Positions 38,061-53,731 of a stretch of DNA of 64,000 bases are shown here, piece by piece (the first letter of the stretch is position 1; every line of letters starts with the position of its first letter). The translations under genes and the position numbers were made by a program. Location of the stretch: the NCBI GenBank assembly GCA_051294375.1, contig CM119264.1:2602005-2666004 (forward strand), written 5' to 3'. This stretch comes from Paraspadella gotoi (taxonomy: Eukaryota; Animalia; Chaetognatha). The notes beneath the pieces were generated by a model. It saw nothing but the letters and a program-made list of their open reading frames with translations. It made no database searches and had not been told where the DNA came from.

Positions 38061-39061
38061 ATCTATTTCTTTACCGATAAATATATAATATGAAACCTAA
38101 TCCTAAATTGATTTTAAAACTTTGGTAAAATAAAGTAAAATTTATTTTTGTTATTTTTCTTAATTTTTCAATATTATTTTTTTTGGCTTAAAGAAAAACT
38201 TTCTTCACTTTCTTTCTTAGATTTTTTTTTCGTCAATAAAAGAAATCATCAGTTAGATAATCAATAATCAATTAACCAAAAAGAGGAGATATTTATTTTT
38301 TTTCTCTCTATCGTGATTAGCGCAATAATTATTAGACGAAGTCGAATAAACCGACGATCAAGCGAACAAACTCTTTTCGATCGCTGGAGGAGGAGGAGGA
38401 AGAGGAGGAAGAGGAGGAGGAAGGAAAGGAAGAAGAAAGAGGATATCGTTCCCCCTCTTGTCACTTTCTCTCTCTCAATCTCTTTCCATCTCTCTCTCCC
38501 TCTCCTCTCTCCTCCTCGTCTCTCTCTTCACTCCCTCGTCTCACTATTTGTTTCTCTCTCTCTATTTCTTTTTCCTCTTTCTATCTCTCTCTCTCTCTCT
38601 CCTACTCTTTCTTTATCTACTATTTCTTTCTCTCTCTCTCTCTCTCTTGCTCTCTCTCTCTGACTCTCTCTCTCTCTCTTTCCTGGTAATGTAGACAAAC
38701 AAGAACGGTATTTCCAATGTATTGCGCCGCAGTGTTTGCCTTATCACGAGTATTTCTCGTGACATGTCATGTCGTGACATAACGTGAAATGACATGACTA
38801 CATGACTACAATAACTTTCTTCCCCCGTGTATTTATGACACGCACTGCATCGAAATTCCGTCTTTTATTCTTTATAGTTTCAGGATTTCCTGAAGGCGTC
38901 GCGAGCAGTCACTTAGATTTGAGATTTTTTTTCTTTCTTAATAAATGAGCAACCAAGGGAGCAACCAACTAAAAACTCATAGCGCCAAATTTGGAACATT
39001 AACATTTTTTCACTTTTAGAAAAAGAATAGAATCGCTCTGCGAGTACTTACGGCCCAGCTA

Positions 39062-39838
39062 CGCGGATTTCAAATGGGGAGTGAAATGAAAGGATCAAAT
39101 ACTGTGTCTAAATTATTTGTGTAGCAACTTCAGATTTTGAACTCTGGTAGTAAAAAAGTATGACATTTTTTATTTTTCAAATCCCATTAGTCAGCTTTCT
39201 TACTTTCTTAGTTATGTGCTCATCAATGGCAAGGTCGAATTTCAAAGAAGCAAATTTTTTGTATTTGAATAAGACCTTCCTGTTATAAGATATATTTTTA
39301 TAAAAAAAGTTAAATGTTTGAAAATTTAGGTTCATCTTACAAATATAGACATTGGAGTATGTGTCTGAGCAATCAGAATGTCAAAAACTTTTTCACAACC
39401 ACAATGACAGCCGTTTTCATTTTATAGGTTTTCAAGTTAAAACTTATAGAAAATAAAAATTTCAGCTCTCAAAAAAAATTAGAAAAGAACAATGATTTGG
39501 CAAGAACCTGTTGCCTAACTAAACCTTGAAATATATTAATAAGAATTTTTTTACATGCTCCCAAGACAGTAAACTAACTATTAAATGTAAAATAAATTAA
39601 AATTTTCGTCTCAATTTTTTTCACAATGAGTTTAAAATAGAACTATCAAATAAGAGGGGAGAAATGTTGCAAAAAAAGCTGCTGAAATGCAAGCGCGCCA
39701 GTTGTTATGATGTAATGTATTATCAATTTGCTTTATAGGAACATAAACGTCAGGAATTTTTCTAACAAATATTAATCACATTCAGTCAGTTAAGAGTTAT
39801 AACAATTCTTTTCATTTCACTCCCATTTGAAATCCGTG
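39062..39838. mobile_element. MITE, Tc1/mariner type (TA target duplication)
   Basis: TIRs of about 29 bp (C[G/A]CGGATTTCAAATGGGAGTGAAATGAAA) at both ends, TA on each side, AT-rich non-coding interior. Confidence 0.7.
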
Positions 39839-41484
39839 TATAAATACCAGGCGTTTAAAACCGGTTTTTTAATAGACTTAATAGACATAATAGAACGCAT
39901 AAGAACTCGTAATTTGTCTTTTATATTTTGGCTTTCGGATATCAATCAGTATTTTTCTTTATTTATTAAAATGACCCGAATTTAAAAAAATGTTTCTTTC
40001 TCTCTCGCTCTCTCTCCCTCCCTCTCTCCCTCTCTCCCTCTCTCCCTCTCTCTCTCTCATGTTTTATGTATTGAACCTTTGGCTTCTGGTGGGTCTAATC
40101 CCCCGACGGCGCAAATTGGATTCTCAAACTCGATCACCGAAACCGAGTTTCACATTCGATTCCATCACAAATTCACGAATCACGAGGACGTGAGTCGTGA
40201 ATGGTGATTGGTGAATCCCAGTCACGGATTTCCTTCCAATACGCTTTGATTTCTGGCAGATGGTATTGGCGGAAAAAGAGAGAGATCGGCCGATCTGCTA
40301 ACGTCTCAAGCCCCGCTACTAAGCTGACCCTGGAGTAAATCAAATCGACTCATGACAATGAAGTACCGGGTCGATCCCCACCAGGTGCCTATTGCGTGGA
40401 GCCCTTGAAAACCCTAACAACGGACACACGAAGAAAGGGGCAAAGAAAGTTGAGGTTACTACTCTTCAGCCAATAAGCGCCATATCTATTTCTTTACGAT
40501 TAAATATATAATTGAAACCTAATCCTAACATTGATTTAAACTTGGTAAAATAAAGTCGAATTTATTTTTGTTATTTTTCTTAATTTTCAATATTATTTTT
40601 TTGGCTTAAAAAAAAACTATTTCTTCACTTTCTTTCTTAGATTTTTTTTTCGTCAATAAAAGAAATCATCATCAGTGATAATACATAAATCAAATTAACC
40701 AAAAGAGGAGATATTTTTTTTTTTCTCTCTATCGTGATTAGCGGCATAATTATTAGACGAAGTCGAATAAACCGACGATCAAGGCGAACAAACTCTTTTC
40801 GATCGCTGGAGAGAGGAGGAAGAGGAGGAAGAGGAGGAGGAAGGAAGGAAGAAGAAAGAGGATATCGTTCCTCTTGTCACTCTTGTCATCTTTTTCTCTC
40901 TTCTCTTCTTTCCTCATCTCTTTCTCTCTCTCTCTCTTCTCTCCTCTCTCTGCCTCTACTCCTCACTATTTGTTTCTCTCTCTCTATTTTTTTTCTCTCT
41001 TTTCTATCTTCTCTCTCTCTCCTACTCTTTTTTTATCTCTATTTCTTTCTCTTCTCTCTCTCTCTCTTCTCTCTGACTCTCTCACTCTCTCTCTCTCCTC
41101 ATTTCCTGGTAATGTAGACAAACAAGAACGGTATTTCCACCAGTGTTATAGTATTTTCTCGTACATGTCATGTGACATAACGTGAAATGACATGACTACA
41201 TGACTACAATAACTTTCTCCCCCGTGTATTTATGACACGCACTGCATCGAAATTCGCGTTTTTATTCTTATAGTTTTCAGGATTTTGAAGGCGTCGCGAG
41301 CAGTCGCTTAGATTTGAGATTTTTTTTCTTTCTTAAATAATGAGCAACCAAGGAGCAACCAACTAAAAACTAATGCGCCAAATTTAAGTAGAGCGAAGGT
41401 TTTTCTGTGACAAAATTAACTATTTTTCACTTTTAGAAAAAGAAACATATAGAATCGCTTCTGCGAGTACTTACGTGCCGCATA

Positions 41485-42254
41485 CGCGGATTTCAAATGG
41501 GAGTGAAATGAAAGGATCAAATACTGTTGTCTAAATTATTTGTTGTAGCAACTTCAGATTTTGAACTCTGGTAGTAAAAATAGATGAATTTTTTATTTTC
41601 AAATCCCATTAGTCCAGCTTGCTTACTTTCTTAGTTATGTCTCATCAATGCAAGTCGAATTTTCAAAGAAGCAATTTTTTGTATTTGAATAAGACCTTCC
41701 TGTTATAAGAGATATATTTTTATAAAAAAAGTTAAATGTTTGAAAATTAGGTTCATCTTACAAATATAGACATTGGAGTATATGTCTGAGCAATCAGAAT
41801 GTCAAAAACTTTTTCACAACCACAATGACAGCCGTTTTCATTTTATAGGTTTTCAAGTTAAAACTTTATAGAAAATAAAATTTCAGCTCTCAAAAAAAAT
41901 TGAAAAGAACAATGATTTGGCAAGAACTGTTGCCTAACTAAACTTGAAATATATTAATAAGAATTTTTTACATGCTCCCAAGCAGTAAACTAACTATTAA
42001 ATGTAAAATAAATTAAATTTTTGTCTCAATTTTTTTCACAATGAGTTTAAAATAGAACTATCAAAATAAGAGGGGAGAAATGTTGCAAAAAAAGCTGCTG
42101 AAATGCAAGCGCGCCAGTTGTTATGAATGTAATGTATTATCAATTTGCTTGTATAGGAACATAAACGTCAGAATTTTTCTAACAAATATTATCACATTCA
42201 GTCAGTTAAGAGTTATAACAATTCTTTTCATTTCACTCCCATTTGAAGTCCGTG
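41485..42254. mobile_element. Second copy of the same MITE, inside the duplicated block
   Basis: Same TIRs and TA flanks; part of the 37.9/40.3 kb tandem duplication. Confidence 0.6.
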
Positions 42255-42710
42255 TATAATACAGGCGTTTAAAACGGTTTTTTTATAGACTTTTAAAATA
42301 AATATAGAACGCATAAGAACTCGAAATTTGTCTTTTATATTTTGGCTTTCGGATATCAATCAGTATTTTTCTTTATTTATTAAAATGACCACAATTTAAA
42401 AAAATGTTTCTTTCTCTCTCGCTCTCTCTCCTCCCTCTCTCCCTCTCTCCCCTCTCTCCTCTCTCTCTCTCATGTTTTATGTATTTGAACCTTTGGCTTC
42501 TGGTGGGTCTAATCCCCGACGGCGCGAAATTGGATTCTCAACTCGATCACCGAAACCGAGTTCACATTCGATTCCATCACAAATTCACGAATCACGAGGA
42601 CGTGAGTCGTGAATGGTGATTGGTGAATCCCAGTCACGGATTTCCTTCCAATACGCTTTGATTTCTGGCAGATGGTATGCGGGTTTCAATTATTTCAATC
42701 TCTCTCTCTC

Positions 42711-42758
<48 letters not shown>

Positions 42759-44280
42759 GTTCTCGTTCTCTCTCTCTCTCTCTCTCGTCTCGTTTTCCGA
42801 GATTTTGACCCAAAAGTCTTAAATTGGGATCGGAGCTGCTGCGGCTGCGGCTGCGGACTGAGGCTGCTGTTCCGGCTGGCTGCGGCTTCGGGCGGCGGGT
42901 CTGAGAAGCGCAAAACAGGATTAACCATTAATTNNNNNNNNNNNNNNNNNNNNNNNNNGTTTCAATTACTTCAATCTTCTGTACCTCATCTCCAGTCTCT
43001 GTCTTTCTCCATCTCACCCCTTCTCTCCTCATCATCAGTCATCCTCTCTCTCACGCTTCTCTCGTCTAATCTCTCGATCTCTCTCCGACAGTCCTCGATC
43101 TATGTCTCTCTGCTTCTACTCTCTCTCCTCTTCTCGTCTCGTTTTCCGAGATTTTGACCCAAAAGTCTTTAAATTGGGGATCGGAGCTGCTGCGGTGATC
43201 GTGAATTGAATTTTTTTCTCTTTTTGGAACCAATCATTTTTTCTTTAGTTTTTTTCTGTGTTCTTCCGATTCATAGTTTAAATGTTAATTTTAAGTGATA
43301 CGCAGCAGGGACTTTCATATTGATCCTGTGATTTTTCAAACCAGAGTGACTGTAGCGAATGATAAATTATAAATTATTATGCTATTTCATCTCATCTATC
43401 TCATTGCGTATTATTTCTCATGTCGAACAGACAGACTGATAGACGAAAAGACAGAATGGACAGAAACGTGATATCCCGCGGCGCAAAAAAGGTATTCATG
43501 TATGACGTTCGTATTTCAAGACGAAAAACTTTTTGTTTCTTTATAAAAAATATAATCGAAAAAAAGAAAGAAATTCATTTGAATTTAATTTTTGACTTTT
43601 TGATTAAGCAAAAGGAGTTTTTTTGTCAACAACGATTTTATTTGTCAATAAAAATTCATTTTGCTTAATCACCAAACGTAACGAAAAGAAAGATAAAACA
43701 GAATGACTTTTTGATTGTTCTCCCCTTAAGTTTAACTTCGTGGGGAATCAACTGAGTTTTAAAATTTTTTTTTCCCCCGAAAACCGGTTTTCTATTTTTT
43801 CAATTTTTAGACCGAAAAAGGAAAAGAAAAAGGAAAAGGAAAAGGAGTGACAATGTCGGTTGTACTTAATACTTGACTGGTTTCGTAATAAAACAAAAAC
43901 AAAAAAAGTTTATCTTTTGTAATCACAGTTAAGAATAATTTGAGATCAACTTATTTAGACTACAATGAGTCACTGCTCTTCTCTTCTCACAATCTTCTCG
44001 CGTTCACCATCATTAACCTTTCACAACCTCACCCTATTATGTCTCATCGTCTTCACTCTCTCCATCCTCACACTTTTCAATTTGAATCAAATTCGAATTA
44101 CATTTTATTTTTTATTCTTCTCCTCTTTTCCATCTTATTCTCATTTTCTTGTGTCTCTCACTCTCTATCATTCTCCCTTGCTCTCTCTCACACTATCTCA
44201 CTCTCTCTCAATTTTTCTTCAACGCCCCAATGCGTTTTTTTCCAACTCGTCCCTCTTTCACTCTATTCCATCCGCGATCC

Positions 44281-44315
<35 letters not shown>

Positions 44316-45749
44316 NNNNNNNNNNNNNNNNNNNNNNNNNNNNNNNNNNNNNNNNNNNNNNNNNNNNNNNNNNNNNNNNNNNNNNNNNNNNNNNNNNNNN
44401 NNNNNNNNNNNNNNNNNNNNNNNNNNNNNNNNNNNNNNNNNNNNNNNNNNNNNNNNNNNNNNNNNNNNNNNNNNNNNNNNNNNNNNNNNNNNNNNNNNNN
44501 NNNNNNNNNNNNNNNNNNNNNNNNNNNNNNNNNNNNNNNNNNNNNNNNNNNNNNNNNNNNNNNNNNNNNNNNNNNNNNNNNNNNNNNNNNNNNNNNNNNN
44601 NNNNNNNNNNNNNNNNNNNNNNNNNNNNNNNNNNNNNNNNNNNNNNNNNNNNNNNNNNNNNNNNNNNNNNNNNNNNNNNNNNNNNNNNNNNNNNNNNNNN
44701 NNNNNNNNNNNNNNNNNNNNNNNNNNNNNNNNNNNNNNNNNNNNNNNATGGAGGAAGGGAGGAAAGGAAAGAAAAAAGGAAATGGAGGAAGGAAGGAAAG
44801 GAAAGGAAAGAAAAAAGGAAATGGAGGGAGGAAAGAAAAGAAAAGAAAAAAAGAAAATGGAGGAAGGGAGGAAAGAAAAGAAAAAAGGAAATGGAGGAAG
44901 AGAGGAAAGAAAAGAAAAGAAAAAAGGAAATGGTGGAAGGAAGGAAAGAAAAGAAAAGAAAAAAGGAAATGGAAGAAGGAAGGAAAAGAAAGAAAAGAAA
45001 AAAGGAAATGGAGGAAGGGAGGAAAGGAAAGAAAAAAGGAAATGGAGAAAGAGAGGAAAGAAAAGAAAAGAAAAAAGGAAATGGAGGAAGGGAGGAAGGA
45101 AAGAAAAAATGTAATGGAGAAAGAGAGGACAGAAAAGAAAAGAAAAAAATGAAATGGAGGAAGGGAGGAAAGGAAAGAAAAAAAGGAAATGTAGAAAGGG
45201 AGGAAAGGAAAGTCAGGATCACCCGGCGAGGAAAGGAGCGAAGGATGCGCGTCTAGAGACGCCTCAATCTACGCGTTAAGTCTCGACTCTCTCTCTCTGT
45301 GTCTCTCTCTCTCTTTCTGGCCTCGGAAATCCTCTAGAAAACGAATCCAAAACAAATACGGATCCATTTTCAATCCTAGGATCCAATCGCGCGAGAGAAA
45401 CGTAAATAAACAAAAACAAAATCGACAAAACAAACAAACAAACAAACAAAAAACGAAAAAAAATATTAAAAAAAATTATGATAATTTAATAAATAGTAAA
45501 TAATAAAAAACGACGATATGTTAACAACTTGGAAGAAAAAACAAATTTGTCTTCGCGATTTTCATCTCGATTTTTCAAAAAAAAATGTAATCGTTTTTTC
45601 TCTCTGTTGTTATTGTTGTTGTTTTTTCTTTACTTTTGTTGTTATTGTTTATGTTTTGGTAGTTGTTTTTCTTTTTCTTTTCGACGAACGTTTTTTTTTT
45701 CATCTCGTAAATCGCGTTTTGGGGCAAAACAAACACGTTTTTTCCTGTT

Positions 45750-45875
<126 letters not shown>

Positions 45876-46561
45876 CAACACGTTCTCTTTCTTGTCCAAC
45901 GATTTGAGAAAAGAAAAAGTCAATTTTTTCATTTTTTCAAAATTCGCGCGTAACAAAATTGTTTTTCCAAATTCTCATCGCGTTCTCAAATTCTATTAAG
46001 TCATTTCGGTCATTTAATTCTTTTAACTGTAAAATTCTTTTCATTCCGCTTTCGTTTCATTTTCATTTCATTTTCATTTCATTTTCTTTCATTTTTTTTA
46101 CTTTTCGTTTTCAACTCATTCGTTCTATTTCTTCGCCATTTCGAATTCTCCCGTTTTCTTCGTTTGAGCGCCGAATGTGTAGACGCTTAATTACATGCTG
46201 AAAAAGCGATAGTTGTAACAGGTTTTTTAATTATTGTTATTATGATTAAAATTGATATAATTATATCGTTATTCATTGAGCCTTTGTGAAGTCACTCATT
46301 TTTTTTTCGTTTTGTTTTTTTCTCTATCTATTCGTTTGCCATTCGTTTGGTTTTTTGCCAGTTGTTTGCCATTCCGCCCTCTGTTCGCTTCGTTTCCCTT
46401 TTGTTGACTTCGAGTCATTGATTTTTATTGTCGCCGTCGATTTCGTCGTCGTCGTCGTCGTCGTCGCTTTTATTGTCTCCGAAATTCGACGTCAAAGTTT
46501 TTGTTGTGACTCGAAATTGAAAGAAATTAAACTGAAGAAAGAAAAGGAAAACAAGGGTTGC

Positions 46562-46609
<48 letters not shown>

Positions 46610-47758
46610 TCTCTCTCTTGTCTGAATAATTTTGATTTAAAGATAAATAGGAATAGTCATCGAGAGAGAGAGAAAGAGAGAGAGAGAATAGGAAGAGAAA
46701 AGAAGAGAGGGAGAAAGAGTAAGAGCGAGAGAGAGAGAAAGGCGAACAAGAGTAAAAAAAAAGAATCAAAAGAAAAACAATGAAAAAAAAGAAAAAAAAG
46801 GGAAAAAAGAAAAATGAAGGATGCGGAGAAAAATTAAGGAAAAGAAAAAAAAAGGAAAGAAGGAAGAAAAAAAAGTGGGTAAAACTGTGATTGATGAATG
46901 AGCTTAATAGACCTTAAAGACGGAAGACCATCAGTGAGAAAAAGGAAAAAAATTCTCACTCGCAGAAAAGGAAAAAAAAAAAGAGAAAATTTTTTTTTGT
47001 AGTATAAATTTCTGAGGTTTAAGGAAGAGTTAACGAAATTGGTTCAACCAGTATAAAAATAATTCCTTCATTCAATAAATAAGCCATCTTGCCTACAGAC
47101 TGTGGAAAATGTGATGAAAGCGGAATCCCTGTCTCTTACAATACGTTAACGGAGCAGGACTATGTAATAAATGTATGTATGTATGTATTTATGTATGCTT
47201 TTAATCTAGTCTCTCTCACAGTCTCTTTACCTCTCAGTAACTGGCCTTTCCAGTTTCAGTTCCAGTTCCAGTTCCAGTTCCAATAGTATAATGTCTTTTA
47301 TATACTCTTTCAATTATATAATATTTATATGCTATGTTATTATCTCGTAAGAGAGATGGAAGCTTTAACTCACTATAGCCTGTCCAAAGTCAATGGGAAG
47401 ACAGCTTTTTATTAAATGATAGATAAATTTCATATTGGTTAAATCATTTTCATGAATACTAATAATAATAACTCTAAATTTTAGCTGTAATTTAACTTTC
47501 TTATTTGACGAAATGATTTGGCTTCCAGGAAGAGAGAGGTCCGATATTTTGTGATCACATTGGGTGAGACTGTCGTCGTTGTCGTTGTTGTCAATAGTGA
47601 AATGTTAAGGCGTCGCTGTCCGTGAAACAATGAAATTGTTAGTCACACAGTTCGTTGAAAGACTCTTAGCGAATCTCTTTCTGACTTAATATCAACTTAT
47701 ATTCCAATTTGGAATACGTTGTAAGATCGCACCTTGGAAACCAAGGATAAGCGCGTGA

Positions 47759-47819
<61 letters not shown>

Positions 47820-48282
47820 AGAAGAGGAGAGAGAGAGAGAGAGAGAAGAGAGAGAGAGGAGAAAGCAGAGGATGAGGAGGAGAGTAAGTAAGACTTGTGA
47901 ATAAACATTCACTCTTTGTTTCTTCGCTCGGAATGAACCTGTTTTAAAACACGTAATAAACTCTTTAAGTCACTTTAGGTCGGTCTGTCAGTCTGTCTCC
48001 CACTCTACTCCACTCTGCTCCACTCTACTCCACTCTGCTCCACTCTGCTCCACTCTGCTCCACTTTTACCATCGTTTTTCTTCTCCACTAGGCTCCTCAT
48101 TGCTCCTATCAGCTTCTCTCTGCTCCACTTTCTTTCTTTCATTTTTTTTATTTTTTAAAAATCTTTGCTCTACTTTTTTTCACTTTTTCTTTCTTTTCTT
48201 TTTTTCCCCAAAAAACTTCTTCCTTTCGTCGCTCGCGACTTCCTTCAGTCGAGGAGGCATTAAGAAGGAAAGGTCCCCTGGC

Positions 48283-48418
<136 letters not shown>

Positions 48419-48611
48419 TACACGGGTTAAAGACGCAGTGTGAGTTGAAAGATGGAATCTGAGGAAAAGGATAGAGAGAAAACAAGTGTGTAAGCTAGCA
48501 AAAAAAAGAATAAAAATAAAGCAGGAAAGGAATAAAGTAACGAAGAAACAAGGAAAACAAGCAAGAAAGCAAACAAAAAAGAACCAAAAAAAAGAAAGAA
48601 AGAAAGAAATA

Positions 48612-48674
<63 letters not shown>

Positions 48675-49282
48675 CAATCAGGCGAGGAAGAAAGCAAGCA
48701 AGCGAGCGTGCCAGCGTGCTTGCAAGAAAGATAATAAAAAGAAAAAAACGAAACAAAGTCAAAAAGTATAAAGAGAAAGAGAGAAACAAATTTATGAAAA
48801 GAAATGTAGAAAGATATATGTACAATTGTACATAATGAAACCGAGATAATGGAAAAAGAGAGAGATAGAGAAGAAGACACTAGACAAGTAGAGGCGGTAG
48901 AGAGAGATAGAGAGGGAGACACTAGACAAGTAAAGGCGATAGAGAATCTCACGTTTGGTGGGGAAGATGATTACCATCATTTTCGTGTGAGAAGAAGATT
49001 TCGCTGAGAATCGAGATTTTTCCTTTTCTTCTTTTTTTCTTCTCTTTTCTTCTTCTCTTTCTTCTCTTTTTCTTCCTCTCTTTCTTCTCTTTTTTGTTTT
49101 CCTTTTCTTCTTCTCTTTCTTTTTTATCTTCTTCTCTTTTTTGTCCTATTCTTTTTTCTTCTTATTCTATATTTTCTTTCCTTTTTTCTTTTCTTTTTTT
49201 CGTCTCTTTTTCACATGTTATCCCTTTTTCTCTCATGTACATATTTTTTTTATTTTTTTCCTTCTTGCGTCCGAATGAGAAA

Positions 49283-49313
<31 letters not shown>

Positions 49314-49706
49314 NNNNNNNNNNNNNNNNNNNNNNNNNNNNNNNNNNNNNNNNNNNNNNNNNNNNNNNNNNNNNNNNNNNNNNNNNNNNNNNNNNNNNNN
49401 NNNNNNNNNNNNNNNNNNNNNNNNNNNNNNNNNNNNNNNNNNNNNNNNNNNNNNNNNNNNNNNNNNNNNNNNNNNNNNNNNNNNNNNNNNNNNNNNNNNN
49501 NNNNNNNNNNNNNNNNNNNNNNNNNNNNNNNNNNNNNNNNNNNNNNNNNNNNNNNNNNNNNNNNNNNNNNNNNNNNNNNNNNNNNNNNNNNNNNNNNNNN
49601 NNNNAGAAAGAAGAGAGAGAGAGGAGAGGAGAGGAGAGAGAAGTGGGGAGGATGGGAAGATTTTTTTTACGTTCATCAGTCGAAGAACATTCTTTTAGTG
49701 GAACAA

Positions 49707-49808
<102 letters not shown>

Positions 49809-49961
49809 AAATATGATAATAACAACACTGATAGCGAAAAAATCGAAGAGAAAAACAATGATGAAGATAAAGATATTTCGACAATTAGGATAACAACAAC
49901 AACAACGACGACGACGACGACGATGAAGAAGAAAAAAAAGTTGTCGCGCAAAAGAGGAAGA

Positions 49962-50039
<78 letters not shown>

Positions 50040-50755
50040 TAAAAATGTATCTTGTGACGTCAAAGAGAATAAAACTGAAAGGAAACGACGTCATTGACTC
50101 GACAGAGAGTGATAGAGGCTGTGAGAGTTTGAGAGTGTGAACGAGTGAGAATATGAGAGTGTGACAGTGAGAATGTGTCCGAGAGTATGTGAAGTACGAG
50201 TGATAGAGTAAGAGTCTGAGGGTGTGAACAAGTGAAAGCTTGATCGAGTGCAAGAGTGAACGTTTAAGAGTGTGAACGAGTAATAGTGAATCCCGAATAG
50301 TAAGGCATATTAGGGGAGAGATTGTGAAACTGTGAAACTGTGCGACTGTTCTCCCCGAAGCAGTGAACGACCATCAGTCTAGTAAAGATTTGTTCACGCG
50401 TGAACGAGACTGAGACTCAGTGGTCGTCGCAGTTCCGGTTGTGAGATGCACCGTTTCACGCCTGACTGTGAGAAAGTGAAACAACAAAGATCTCAGTCCC
50501 TCTATCGGTTAAACTTTCCCACTTTCTCTGCTCCTTACGTTAATTCCGTCCTTTTTTAGCTCAGAAAAGAAATTCCGTTGTTCTTTTATTTCAATCTCGA
50601 ACTTCGACTTTTTTCGGTTTTTTTTTTGTTTTAAATTTTCCCGGTTTTTTTTTACGAGTTTTCACTTTAAAAAAAATCGGCCACCGATTTTATCTCTTTC
50701 CCACTTTTCTCTCTCTCGTCTCTCTCTCTATCTCATCTCTCTCTCTCTCTCCTCT

Positions 50756-50805
<50 letters not shown>

Positions 50806-51772
50806 TTTTTCTTCCCTTTTCACCAGTTTCTCTCCTTCCTCCCTTTTTTTTTGCTCTTTTCTCCTTCCTTCCTTTTCCCCCACTTTCCTCCCCTTTTCCT
50901 CCCCTTTTCTCACCATTTTCTTCTCCTTTCTTTCCAAAGTTTTTCTTTTCAAGTTTTAACATTTTCTTTTTCTTCTCTTTTACTACTCGACTTTTCTTTT
51001 CAACATTTTTTTTCTTTTCTCTTTCGAATCTTTTTTTTCACGTGATTCACTTTATTTCCTTCGATTCACTCGACTTTCGACTTTCACGAGATTGACGCTA
51101 TCCTTTTTTCACATCGATAATTGAATTCTATTTATAAAATGTGTAATTTCATTGTTACTTACTTTACGATTAATTCGTTTTAGTACAACAGAAAAGAGGG
51201 ACGAATGTATGACAGAAAGATGAATGATGAATCATAAATGAATGATGAATCGAAGAATCATAAATGAGAAACGATTGAGTCAGCGGAATAAGTAAGCAGT
51301 TAAGAATCGGTGACAACTCTCGTTCACAGAAAATCACAGACTTCAAATGTGAATTTCTCACTTCGTCGCTCAAAGTTGCAGTAGAGGCTTTTTTTCTTTT
51401 CACCTTTTTTCCCCTTTTTTTATCTTCCTTGTTTTTTTCCTCGTGTTTTTATTTTCCTTTTTTAAATACTTCCCGATTCTAACTAATAATATTAAACTAA
51501 AATTTATACAAAAATCGAAACCTAGTATCTTCAATAAAAACGACAACTTTGAAAAGCTTCAAAAGTTTCAATGTAATAAGAGAAACGACTATGATACGAA
51601 AATACAAAACTATGAAACTTCTCAAAGAAAGAAAAGAAATTTTAATTAACGAGAAAAAATCGAAATAAATAAAAAGAGAAAATCGTTAAAGGCAAAAAGA
51701 AATTCCTTTGGGATTCAATGAATTCATTTTCAAGTTTTTTTACCGCTTTTTCTTTCTCTCTCTATTTTCATT

Positions 51773-51860
<88 letters not shown>

Positions 51861-51869
51861 TGTATCTCA

Positions 51870-51900
<31 letters not shown>

Positions 51901-52306
51901 TCCTCTCCTTTTCTTTTTCTCCTTTCCTTTCCATTCTTTCTTTCTTTCTCTTCATTTCTCCGGGTTAGTTTTGCTTCATCATTTCCTTTTTCAACTTTAT
52001 CGAAAATAAGTAAATAAAATTCTGTTCTGTTCTCTCGCTGAGTGTTGCGGGGTTGCTATGACGACCGAGATAAATAAAATTGAAATTCAATGAAAGAAAA
52101 AAAAACTTGTCGGAGTAAGCAGCGTAAATGCTGCTTGCCATTTTCCGAATGCAGCGTTAACATTGTTTGGGTTATTTTAATCTTTTTATTAGGTTTTAAC
52201 GGTGCTTATAATTTTTGTATCAATTCTCGAAATCAGCTGAATCCGCTGTCTCACTTCGGAAAACCGGCAAAGACTTTGCCAAAGTGAGAGATGATTTTTT
52301 TTTGGG

Positions 52307-53164
52307 TGATAGAAGGGAAATTAGTGAATGTCAGATCGTTACCATCTCACTCTCACGAATAAACGGACCGACCGACAGATGAATAAACATAGCGAGAGAA
52401 TGACCGACCGACCAACTGAGAATACTCGTTGTTTGCTTGCGTTGATTGCTTGCGTTGATTGCTTGTTCAGTTCCGGCTTTGTTCGCTCAAACTTCTTTTC
52501 TTTTCTATTTTCCTTAATATTTTTTGCTATTTCGTATTTTTAAATTCCTTTCTTCTTTCACTACTTTTTTTTAGTTCACGGCAGAATTAGTGATAACGCG
52601 ATTGCAAGCAAAGTGATTGCAAGCAATCAAGCGACCGGAAAGGAAGCAGTCGACCGGTTCCCTGTTGTTCCTTTTTTCTTTTCGTTTTTTTTTGCTGATT
52701 TTTTTTTTCTTGTATCGAGTGGTCCATGGGAGATGGAGCAATCGGGTGCTGGGTTGATTTGAGTGATGGAGTGATTGGGTGATGGAAGGAAAGGTTATTG
52801 GAGTGATGAGCTTATTCATTTCAGGGGTGACGGAGTGATGGGTTTCAGAAGTGTAGTAAAGTAGTGAAGTAAAGGGTGATGGAGAGATGGAGGGATGCGG
52901 TAATTAGGTGACGGGTTGATGGGGTGGTTGAGAGATGCTGTAATTGGGTGATAGAGTTATGGGGTGATGGAGTGATGCGGTGATTGGGTGATGGGATGTC
53001 GCGGTGATTGAGTGATTGAGTGATGCGGTGATTGGGCGATGAAGTGATGAACTATGCACGCTCCAGTTCGACATTCACTTAAAAGAACAAATGGTTATGA
53101 CGTCTTATCGAAATTGGATTCTGTTGACGCGAAATTCTCTCTCTCTCTTCTGGCTCTCTCTTCT

Positions 53165-53204
<40 letters not shown>

Positions 53205-53663
53205 AATTCTTTCTCAGTCTGTCCGTCTGGGTGACCTTACGTTCCTTTAGAAGGTCTGTCTGTCTGTCTGTCCCTTTATCCCTTTTTTTCATTAAACCGA
53301 AAACTTTCTTTTTTTCTTTCGGCATTTTAAAAGGCATTAGATCTCTGGGCGTTTCCCTATTGTTAAGATTGTCGTGTTATTGCGTTGTTGCTTTTTCGAG
53401 TTGAAGTCGTCTTGTTTTTGCCCCCCTTTTTTTTTGCCTCTTTTTTCTCTTCCTCTTTTCCTCTCGGTGCGTCTCTTTTAATTTCCCTTTTTTCTTTTCA
53501 TTTTTTTCTTTTGTTATTTTCTTTTCTTTTCTTTTATTTTCTTTTCTTTTTAGTAGTCGTTGGTAATTTTAATATTTTTTTTCTTTTTTTAAAATCATTT
53601 TATTTTGTTTTGCTTCTTAATATTTTCTTTTTTTTAATTGATTTTGTCTTTTCTTTCTTTTTT

Positions 53664-53731
<68 letters not shown>

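Larger units (their letters stand above)
37870..42680 (+). repeat. Tandem duplication of about 2.4 kb (37870-40265 and 40310-42680)
   Basis: Colinear copies differing mainly by homopolymer and small indels. Confidence 0.85.
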
